Source: a virus
Lineage: Duplodnaviria; Caudoviricetes
Virus record (IMG/VR): IMGVR_UViG_3300038318_000308
Span: 1-48,830 of that record
Strand: one strand, 5' to 3'
Length of the DNA: 48,830 bases
The stretch's first letter is position 1, and every line of letters begins with the position of its first letter. Position numbers and translations under genes: made by a program. Shown piece after piece: positions 19,613-29,800 of this stretch. The notes beneath the pieces are model-generated. The model worked only from the letters and a program-made list of their open reading frames with translations. It was not told where the DNA came from and ran no database searches.

Positions 19613-21195
19613 CCTGACCCATCTCCTCCAGCAAATACAAAACAGCCAGATTTTGTTTGCATATTTACGAAATTAGTATCGAATCCATATCCACGATAAT
19701 CAATATCTGTCCAAACTCCGTTTTCCATTGTTTGTACACTTCTATGTGTACCACTTGGTGCGGCACTTGAGGCATATTGTAAAATACGAGCTTGAATTCC
19801 AGCGGCAGTTAATTTAGTATATAATAAATTACTCATTCCATAACAATCGGTTTTACCCTCATTATATGTACATTCAGCGTCAGACCAATCACAACTATAA
19901 TCATGTGAGTATCTAATTTTTTGTGCGCAATCTTGACAAATACTATCCTTAGTTCCGCCTGAACTAGTACCACTACTTGCTGAACCAGTTGGACTATTTG
20001 GTTCTTCAATTTCATCAGGAGATTCTGGACCAAATCCTAAATCTAAATCTACATACATTGGTTGATGTTTTTGTGTTCTAATACTGTATCCTTTTAAGAA
20101 ATAAAACTCATTTGTTTTTGTAAGTGGATTTTCTACAATATAAAAATTACCACCTAAATATCTAAATCTTTGTAATGTTCGAACACGTGTTTTGTTGTTA
20201 TACATACGAACATATTGGGCGAGATATGAATTTGCTTTATAACGAGCTGTTGCTTCATCAACTTCTTCATCGTCATATTCTTTATTTATTTCACCATATA
20301 TTGCTACTAAATCTTCATATCGTTCAGTTACTGTTCCACCTGAATAATTAACACTTACTGAATTATAAAATCCATCATTTGCATAATTAAATTGAAACGT
20401 TTCTGGGTCTAAATCTTTCTTATATATATGTTTGAATCCTTTGTTTTGATTAAGCAAGTTCATCCAATCAGTATATGGGAATAAAAACGCAGCATTACAT
20501 TCTACAATAAATACTGAATCAGTTGATGCACATATTCTTCTGATACAGTCATCAAAGGTATTATCTTTATATGCCATACCGCCCCCACCGCCACTTGATG
20601 TACCTGCGGCAGTAGTTCCAGATACCATTGCTACAACAGCCGGAGGAAAACCTTCTTCTGTAGTTGATTCACAATATCCTAATCCAGCTGATTGTAAAAA
20701 CTGTACTGGGTTATCTATACCCTGAAAATCACTACTTGAAAAATCATCATCATGTGCACGTTCTAAATGAGTAACGTTTTTAAGTCCATCTTTATATTCT
20801 CCTGAGTAGCAGGTAATAAATGCAATACCTGATTTATTGTTATTAGATGATAAGGCATCTTGATACCAAGAACTCGCCATATCTTGAAAAGTTCCGGCGC
20901 ATGCTCCACCTACGATACATACAATATATGTGTCTTTTTGTGTTTTAGCATTAGTTGAATGAGCATCTGGGTCAATTCCTCCATTAGATGCTGTATAACC
21001 TGCTTGGGTTAAAGCTGAACATACATTATCTATCCTAGTTCCATCTTCAGATTTTCCAGATATATTATCACTATTAACAGATACATTTCCACCAGCTGTC
21101 GTGCCAGTTGTACCCGTTGTTCCAGTTGTACCCGTTGTTCCAGTTGTTCCATTAGTATTTGTATTTGTACTACTATTTGTATTAGTTGTTGGCAT
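19606..21195 (-). CDS. Hub paralog, C-terminal half, with an extra N-terminal domain and a C-terminal transglutaminase-like peptidase
   Basis: 529 aa; aligns by eye with the C-terminal half of 16724..19612 (ICASTDSVF/ICGATDSVF, GFYNSV/GFYNTV, YEDLVAIYGE/YDDLVNLYGE); DCYGMSNLLY...HRSV...W.DID candidate triad. Confidence 0.65.
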   Translation of the reverse strand: MPTTNTNSSTNTNTNGTTGTTGTTGTTGTTGTTAGGNVSVNSDNISGKSEDGTRIDNVCSALTQAGYTASNGGIDPDAHSTNAKTQKDTYIVCIVGGACAGTFQDMASSWYQDALSSNNNKSGIAFITCYSGEYKDGLKNVTHLERAHDDDFSSSDFQGIDNPVQFLQSAGLGYCESTTEEGFPPAVVAMVSGTTAAGTSSGGGGGMAYKDNTFDDCIRRICASTDSVFIVECNAAFLFPYTDWMNLLNQNKGFKHIYKKDLDPETFQFNYANDGFYNSVSVNYSGGTVTERYEDLVAIYGEINKEYDDEEVDEATARYKANSYLAQYVRMYNNKTRVRTLQRFRYLGGNFYIVENPLTKTNEFYFLKGYSIRTQKHQPMYVDLDLGFGPESPDEIEEPNSPTGSASSGTSSGGTKDSICQDCAQKIRYSHDYSCDWSDAECTYNEGKTDCYGMSNLLYTKLTAAGIQARILQYASSAAPSGTHRSVQTMENGVWTDIDYRGYGFDTNFVNMQTKSGCFVFAGGDGSGC

Positions 21196-21212
21196 ATATT
21201 ACACACTCGTTT

Positions 21213-22847
21213 TTATTTGATAAGCCTAAATCCAGTTAAGTTTGATAACACTGTTGACGCATAATTTTTATTACTTATTGATTTGTTTGATGATGATTTT
21301 TTACTTGATGATTTATTACTATTATTTGATGTAGTACCAGTAGTTCCAGTTATTCCAGTAGCTCCAGCTGTAGCTGCGGTTCCGGTTGCTGTAGTTGGTG
21401 TAGTGGTAGAAGCTGTATCACCACTAGATTTTGGTGTTATTGTGATAGCATCATAATCCATAATTTCATCATGTAATTCATCAAAATTTTCTCCTTTTAA
21501 ATATTTTAATAAATCTTCATGAATATCTTCAACACTTGGATATTCAGGTTCTTTTGCATTTTGTGTTACTTCTTCAGCTTTTTGTTCTGCTGAATTTGTA
21601 GAATCTGAATTTGTTGATGATGTTTTCGAATTTGCATCACTTGCAGATTTTGTAGAACTTGCTAATTGATTAGATGCTGGTGTATTTATAGATGTAGTTT
21701 TATTTGTTGAATTACCAGCCGTATTTCCGCTACCAGTTAATGTAGTTTTTAATGTTCCAGTAAATCCTGCAAAAAAATCACTACTTGTTTTTGATTTAGT
21801 TTTTGTATTACTTGTACTTATTTTACTATTAGTTCCAGTAGTATCTGTGCTACTGTCTGTACCTGATTCTTCAGCTTCTTTTTTAGCTTTTAAATATTCC
21901 TCGTATTCTTTAGCATATAAATTAAATGGTAAATCTGTTAATACAGTTGTTTGTTTAATTGTATCAGGATTTTCTTCTATCTTAGTTCCTGATTTACATA
22001 TTGCTCCACTTGCATCAAAAGTAATATTTTTATAACCTACTTGTTCAGTTATTTGGTCTTCGCTTCCCTCGGTTGCTTCTGTGTTTTCATCTGTTGCTTC
22101 ATCGCTATTTGAATCAGTACTTGCAGTATTACCAGAACCTTTGAGATTACTATTAGTATTACTATTTGTTGTTTTAGTATTACTATTAGTAGTTTTACTA
22201 TTTGTAGTTGCGCTTCCAGCTATACCATTTTCTGTATTAATGTTAGTAGTTGCTGTATTGTCTCCAGTAGTTGTATCTGTACCAGTTGATGCAGTTGCGT
22301 CATCTTCTAAATGTGGTGGACACACAAAATGAACACCAATGAATTCACATATTGCTTGAAAAGCATCTCTAACGTTTTGATTATAAATAAATGCTGTACG
22401 AAATTCATCAGGAATTTTTTGTTTAAATCGGCGGCCGATATTATCTATCTGTATTTCTAATTTATAACCCACTTGTTTAACCATCGAAACTTTACCATAA
22501 AATACTTCAATTAATTTATCATCATTATTTTCATCTACATAGCCAGAATAGACAGTTACATAATCATCATTATTAGTCCAATACTTAATCATTTCATCAT
22601 CTGTTTTTCCACAAGTTAATGTGCCGGGTGCAACTGCAAAATCAACATCATAATTCATTTCGAAATCGCTAAAATATTTATGTATTTTCCCATCAGATGT
22701 TGTTTTAACTAAGATTTGCTCACATAATATAGAAGAACCTTTTTTTTCACTTTTATCCTTATATGTTAAAGGGTCAAATGATATTGTTGATTCCTTTACC
22801 TCTTTCTTAGTTTTTTTATTACTATCTGTACTTGTTGTTTCTGGCAT
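21213..22847 (-). CDS. Hub paralog, N-terminal half
   Basis: 544 aa; aligns by eye with the N-terminal half of 16724..19612 (FKQKIPDEFR/FKNKVPKEFR, DAFQAICE/DTFQAICE, DYDAITITPK/DYDAITIEPK). Confidence 0.65.
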   Translation of the reverse strand: MPETTSTDSNKKTKKEVKESTISFDPLTYKDKSEKKGSSILCEQILVKTTSDGKIHKYFSDFEMNYDVDFAVAPGTLTCGKTDDEMIKYWTNNDDYVTVYSGYVDENNDDKLIEVFYGKVSMVKQVGYKLEIQIDNIGRRFKQKIPDEFRTAFIYNQNVRDAFQAICEFIGVHFVCPPHLEDDATASTGTDTTTGDNTATTNINTENGIAGSATTNSKTTNSNTKTTNSNTNSNLKGSGNTASTDSNSDEATDENTEATEGSEDQITEQVGYKNITFDASGAICKSGTKIEENPDTIKQTTVLTDLPFNLYAKEYEEYLKAKKEAEESGTDSSTDTTGTNSKISTSNTKTKSKTSSDFFAGFTGTLKTTLTGSGNTAGNSTNKTTSINTPASNQLASSTKSASDANSKTSSTNSDSTNSAEQKAEEVTQNAKEPEYPSVEDIHEDLLKYLKGENFDELHDEIMDYDAITITPKSSGDTASTTTPTTATGTAATAGATGITGTTGTTSNNSNKSSSKKSSSNKSISNKNYASTVLSNLTGFRLIK

Positions 22848-22855
22848 TATTTAAC

Positions 22856-23878
22856 CTACCATTGTGTATTATTTGTTTTAGTTGTTGTATTTTTTGTTCC
22901 TGAACCAGTATCAATACCTTCGGCCGCATTATTAATAAATTGTTTTTCTTGTTGTGCTTCAATTTTATCATCAGCTTCTGTTCCGCTTGTTTTTGAACTT
23001 GCCGTTAATGATGTATCTGCGTCATCTGGTATAATAACTTCTTCAATTTTTATACTATAAACTGCATCTGTTTCACCAGAATCTAATTTATAATTTAAAT
23101 CAGTTACTACTCCTTGGAATACTCCAAATACATTACTTGTAAATGTACAAGCCCAACCTGAGTATTCTTGCATAAATCGTTGTCTGATACGAATGAATTG
23201 GTCGCTTTCTTCTAACTCGGAGTTGTTTACTAAATCAACACTTCTTCTGGTATATAAATCTGATAGCCCCATCCATTGAGACGAACCAGAATATTCTTTT
23301 GCATAATTTGCGTAGTTATAATAATAAAGTAATAATGTATTAAATGTTACATCAAATTCTACTATCATATGTTGATAATTTGCTTTTTCAATTCCTACTG
23401 TTCCCTCTGATGTATCAAAAAATGCAAAAGAAGTCATATGCGGAGTTACTCTTACATTCTCTATAGGAAATGCTTGAGTAACTGGCTGAGTACTTGTATC
23501 ATTATTTAAATATGTAACGCTTGTTTGGAAAGTAGTATCATCAGTTTTACCAGCTGAATTCGTAGATTTTTTCGTATTATATGCAAATTTCATTTCTGGT
23601 TTAATTTTTAAAATACCGTGTTGACCTGACCACGCATTCCATAAGCTTGAATATTTTTCCGGCATAGAAAAATTTTCTGTTGATTTAACCCCAAGCGCTT
23701 TAAAAGCTTGTTTAGTACTATCTGAATCACTTGAACTACTTCCAGTACCAGTAGACCCAGTATCTGTACCAGTAGAACCAGTATCTGCACTAGATGCACC
23801 AGTATCTGTTGCTTCTCCATCGGTTCCAGTAACGCCAGATTCTGACGCACTTTCGTCGTAACTTCCTTCTTCTCCCAT
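22856..23878 (-). CDS. Probable tail tube initiator/baseplate protein
   Basis: 340 aa directly after the tape measure; C-terminal FTSNVFGVFQGVVTDL...YSIKIEEV resembles tube-initiator folds; assignment mainly positional. Confidence 0.45.
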   Translation of the reverse strand: MGEEGSYDESASESGVTGTDGEATDTGASSADTGSTGTDTGSTGTGSSSSDSDSTKQAFKALGVKSTENFSMPEKYSSLWNAWSGQHGILKIKPEMKFAYNTKKSTNSAGKTDDTTFQTSVTYLNNDTSTQPVTQAFPIENVRVTPHMTSFAFFDTSEGTVGIEKANYQHMIVEFDVTFNTLLLYYYNYANYAKEYSGSSQWMGLSDLYTRRSVDLVNNSELEESDQFIRIRQRFMQEYSGWACTFTSNVFGVFQGVVTDLNYKLDSGETDAVYSIKIEEVIIPDDADTSLTASSKTSGTEADDKIEAQQEKQFINNAAEGIDTGSGTKNTTTKTNNTQW

Positions 23879-23888
23879 TTTTTAACCT

Positions 23889-26800
23889 CTATTTGACATT
23901 TAATTTTGAATAACTATATTCATTATCTTTTTTAGCGTTTTTCAAGAATGAATATTGAGATATTTGTCTAACAATTTTTTTACCATCATGTGTTCCTAAT
24001 ACAACATTAGTTCCATCATTACTTAATACTTTAGCGTAATTAGAGCGTGAAGCTTTTTCGTCTCCAGTAGCCGCAGTTACACCATCTTGAATACCATTAA
24101 CTCCGCTTGTGGTACTATTTGCATCTGTAGCAGTTGTACTTGAAGCCGCAACTGGCGGTGTTCCGGAAGTTTGTGAGACAACCTTTGGATTAATTCTTTC
24201 ACTTATATCTTCAAATATTTGCATCATTTGTGATTTCATATCATCTGGGTCTCCGGTTGTATTAATATACCAGTCTCCAGTAATGACAAATTTTTTGCCA
24301 TCATGTGGTCTTTTATCTAATGACCCTTTCATATCTCTTGCTTTAATAGCTTTAGGATTAAAGTCTTTATTAGTATGACCAGTTGCTACTGTAGTATTTC
24401 TTCTACCACCAGTTGCGATAGTGCTTTTTGAATATCTAACTCCTGCTATAGGACCACCTCTTGATATACCTATTGGTGCTCCAATTGGTGGCTCTCCAGT
24501 AATATTTTCAGCTCCACCATGTCTTTCAAGTGCTTTTTCTTTATTTCTTATTCCAGCAATTTGTTTTTGTTTTTTATTTCCACCTACACCTAATGGATTA
24601 AAGAAATCAAGAATTAATTGTAATGTTAATGATATATCTAATAAATATGTTTTCATTAATATTACATTATGAGATTGCATTCTGTTTAATCCTAAGATTT
24701 GCTTTAATGCTTCAAAAGAATTCTTAGGTTCTTTAGGTTTTTTTGGTTTTTGTTCTTTGGTTTTATTAATTTTACTATCCTTAGTTTTGTCTTTCTCGTG
24801 TTTGTTTTTAAATAAAGACCCAATAGCTTTAGCAGATAATATTGCTGGATTATTTTTAGCTAAAAATCCACCAACTTTACTACCACTATCTAATGAGCTT
24901 TTAAAACCACCACTTATTGCTTTAGCTGATAATGCTAATGGGTGATAGTTAGTTAAGAAATTACCAATACCTTTACCTACTTCATTAACTGTTTTTCCTA
25001 CATTTGGAGATTTAATTTTTTTACTTGTTTCTTTAGGATTAAGTTTTACTCTATTTTTTTCTTCAAGTTTTTTCCCAGTTGTAGCTATAGATTTAAGATT
25101 TTTTTGATTTTCTGTTTGCGTTGTAGTTGTTGCGGTTTGTAAATTCGTTTGTGTTGTTTGTGGTTTATTTGTGTCTCCAGTACTTTGAATACTAGTTCCT
25201 GAATTAGTTCCTGCACTTGTACCAACAGCGCTCCATTTTGGGGCATTAGCGTTTTGAGTAGATTGATTAACCGAATCTATTTGTTTACCACTTGCTAAAT
25301 CTTCTCTTTTACCAGTCACTTTTACATGTTTTAATAAATCTTTAGCGTTTTTAGCAGTATTGGTTTTTCCTTCCATACCTTTAATAGCAGTATTTGCTCT
25401 AGCTTGTTGTTTGTTGATAGATGCACGTCCTTTATCATCATTACCGTGCATTAACCATGAAAGAATTTTTCTAACTTCTAAAAATATATTTAAAGCATGA
25501 AGTTTAATAATATTTATACGAGCTTGTTTAGCTATATCTTCACCATACTGTAATGCTTGTAATTGTAGCATTTGTTTTTGTATATCAGATGCACCTTTAA
25601 GGTTTTTCATATCTTTAACATCTTCATTTGCAAATGCGGCACTTGTTTGTAAATTCATTTGGTCGATTATACTGGTTTTACGAACATTCATTTGTTGTTC
25701 GTATTGTTTGAAGTATTGTTCGTGCTTCATCCAACTTAAATATGATTTTATTTGTTTAGAAGTTAAGCCAGTCTTTTGACTCATCTCATTTAATGACTCT
25801 TTAAATTTTTTACTATTTTGAGCTTGTTTTTGGGTTAATCCAGTAGATATTAAAGAATTTTGTAAATTATATAAAGTAGATAATTCTGATTTATATTGGT
25901 TCATTTCTTCAAATTGTTTTTGATGACCATAGTAGTATGAGCGTATATTATCTTGTAATCCAAATTTTTGCGTACTACCTAAAACACTAGATTCTGCATT
26001 TTTTACCAAACCCACTATAACTCCTATACCACCAAGACCTGTAGTTAATCTATCACTATCTGCTTGAGTAACTATATTGCTAATACCCGCTGTAGTATCT
26101 TTTGAACGTGATTTAATTTCTTTATCATCTGTTAAATGTAATACTCGACCGAGGGTATTAAAGAATCCATGGTCACCCCAATCTCCGGCCATACGGGCAT
26201 TCATTTCATCATTAGCCGCTGCTCTATATTTAGTACCAGCATTTTGCGTTGCTAATCTTTCTAAATTAAGTTTATCAATATATTTATCTCTGTTTTTATT
26301 AATTTGCTGACTATAGAATTCATATTTTTTACGGTGCTTATCATAATCATCACCGCTAGATTTAAATCTTGCTTGAGCATCTTTACGAGCTTTTTCGTTT
26401 AATTTATTAGTACCTACTAATATAGCTATTATTGCAATTATTGGCGCAAGTACAGCCATTAATTCAATATTCAATATTCCTAATAATGCGATTTCACCAG
26501 TTCTGGCAGCATTTAATAATATTTCTAATGATGTAACTGTATCTAATAATATCGAACCAGTCATTAATGCGGCTGAAAATTGTGGCGCTACTGTGCTTGT
26601 TAACATTGCTAAATTTTGTCCAGTATTTGTAGCTGCGCCTCTTATTTGTTCTTTTTTTTGTTGGAATCGTGCTCCAAGTTTTTCTTTAATTTGTCTACCA
26701 CCGCCCATAGCTGTTTGCGCATATCCGGGAATAAATGAAATTGCTTTATCGATTGCTCGTGCAATTTTTCCTTTTGTACCTTCCATATTAGTAAATTGGG

Positions 26801-29800
26801 AATGTTGATATTTTTTCATATTATCAGTTAATGGTCTAGCAAAATCAGAAAATGCAGTTTTTAAATCTCTTTTAGTTTTACCAAATGCATCATTTTTAAT
26901 ATTTTGAGCTGTGCGTTTTCTATCATTACTATAATCTTGGCTAATTTTTTTAAGCATGGATTTAATTTCTTTTATATCAGCTTCATTATTTAATGTAAAC
27001 TTGTTACCATAAAGCATTTCTTGTATACCAATACGTTTTTGATAATCTCTATATTGTTGAGCGGCTGGTTTTGTTTGTTTTCTTTCTCGAATATCGGCAA
27101 TACGGTCAACTCTTGTCATGTTTTTATATTTATCGGCTGTTTGTTGTTCGAGATTTGCCATATGTTTTTGATAACCGATAGATTGTTGTTGCCATGATTG
27201 ATTTTGTTTACGTTGTTTTGCTTCATTAACAACATCATCTTCACTCATGGTACTATATCTTTTTGCAACTTGTTGGTCCATTAATCGCTCTTTTTCTTCA
27301 TTCGCATAATTATATAAATCTCTCATACTATCATCAATTAATGCGTTTTTTTGCATATTTGGATTAATAATATTTTTTATATTATTTTGTCCTAGACTGA
27401 GGTTATGAGCAATAGCGGATTGTATTTGTGATTCTATATCAGTAATATTAGGTTGTTGACTTAAAATTGTACTAGCTGCACGCACAGCCCTAGTTGTTTC
27501 ATTATTAGGAATATTTTCATTTTTTAGCTTATAAATAGGTTTCATATTTGTTTCAACTAAACCATTAACATATGATGATTTTATAGCTTGATTTTCTTCT
27601 TCTAGTTTTGTCATTTTAGAAGTTTGTTCTGTAATGTTTTTTTCTAATTTTTGACGTTTTTTAAGATTTTTGTTATAATTTTGTTCCGCTTTTTCTTCGG
27701 CTTCAAATGTATTAATAATTTCATCAAAATTTGTCTCATATTGATTTAATTTTTTGATTTTATCGCTACTTTGAAATTTGTGTGGTTTTGTCGTAGTAGA
27801 TAAAAAATCATTTGCTTCATTATATTCTTGCTCGGAATATGATTTACTATATGAAGAAAGCTGTGATTCAATTTTTTCTTTTTCTTGAATATATTTTTGT
27901 AACTTAATACCATCGTTTTTGGTAAAGTTTTGTTTATTATTTTTTTGTTTATTTGTAAGTCTTGTAATTTGACGTTTTTTATTGGTTAATTGTTTTTTTG
28001 CATTATTAATATCATCTTCATTACGAAGAGTATTATTAAATTCATCTATGACTTTTTGAGATTCATCAAAATCCCGTTGTACTTGGTCGTAATCTATAGA
28101 TTCAAAAGAATCAAGACTACTTTGTTTTTCTTTAAATCCATCTAATGTTTTTTGAGATTTTGGTTTATTGTTAAGAATTTTTTGAGCATTTTGATTAGTA
28201 GCAACAGCTTTTTGATATTTATCATATTCATCAATATTTTGTTCAAATACTTGTTTAACTTCTAATGCGTGTTTTTCTTGTTTGTTATAGTTATCAAATC
28301 GTTCTTGGTCTTGCTGTTTTAATGCTGCAATATTATTTTCTAAGTTAGTTTTTTGTGTTACAGCTGTATTATATGCATTTTGGTTTATAGAGCGTTGTGG
28401 TTTATTTTGTAATCGATTTAATTCAAGATTATCTTGGAAAATTTGTTTCTTAGATTGTTTTATGTCGCGTTGATTTTTTAGTAAAGATTTTTGGTCTTCT
28501 ATTGATATATTACTACGTGGCATTGTGCTCAATTGATTATGTAAATCTTCTAATGGTTTATTGGATACATATTGAGTTAATTCTTTTTTAAAAGTTTCTT
28601 TAAGATTGTTATCTAAAATACCAAATTTTGCATCTGCGAATATTTGAGCTTTTTGGTCTTGTAAGTTTTGCGGTAAAAATTTATCTTCTTTATTAAGATT
28701 TTGTTTATAAAAATCTTTTTCTCTTATATAATTATCTGTTTTACGAAGTTCCGTAGGTAAGTCAGCTTTACCATTAGATACCATTTTATCTGTTTTATCC
28801 CAACCTTCAGCATTAAGGCTATGTAAAAACCCACTTTGTATAGTATCAATTTCTGTTAAATGTTTATATAGGTCTTGATTAGTAGCTTCTTTGGGAGCTC
28901 TAGAAAAGAACATACTTTTCATTGTTTCTCCGGTATCTGCTTTAATATCTCCATATGCTATATTTAAAGCATTCCCTATAACTTCACGAGTATTTGAACC
29001 TTCACGATGATTTTTAGGAAAATTAATACTATCTAGAAATCTACTATCCGATTCACTAAGAGTATTTGTTTGTTTTGTTGTTTTTGGTGTTGAGTCATTA
29101 ATTTTATTATTTAATGATTTTTCAACTTGAGAACTTGGATTAGATGTTTCTCTAATTGCGGCTGTATTTTCTTTAATACTAGCTTCGACTTTTTGAATTT
29201 CATTATGTGTTTGTTTAAAATCAGTATGTACTTTGGCTCTATTTTCAGAGGCATTAGTACTACTTGGTTCTTGACCATCTTTAGCAGATTGTTTTCTTTT
29301 TTCTTCAGCACTTTGTTTGTTATATCTTGCAGCTTCTTCCTCTGTTGGAGCTTTTGGCACTATATGTTCTTCTGTAAATTTACCAACTAAATCTGTAAAA
29401 TGTTCACGCCCACCATATTTTGCATATGAAAAATCTTCATCTCTGGTAATCTCTTTCATAGATTTTTCATTTAATAAAGTTTCGGGTTTATTTAAATCCG
29501 CCATATTGAAAGCATTTATCATAATGCTTGTATCATATGTAGGCATAGCATTAAAAATTCGTCTTCGATATGGTTCAGAATATCTAGAGTCTAATCCTTT
29601 TTGAGCTGTATGGTATCGAATTGTATCAATTTCGGTTTCATTTAATTCACGAGCTTTTTTATGTAATAAATCAGGATTTTTAATTGCATTAATGGTTGCT
29701 GCTGTTCTACCAACTTCTTCCTCAATGTCTTTACCTATTCCACGTATTCCTTCAGCTTTATGAAATATAGATGCTACACTTGGTCCAACAGTATTAAATA

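Noticed and set aside
21098-21150. 9/18-bp tandem repeat
   Set aside because: It simply encodes the TTGTTGTTG linker of the hub paralog; no sign of a separate function
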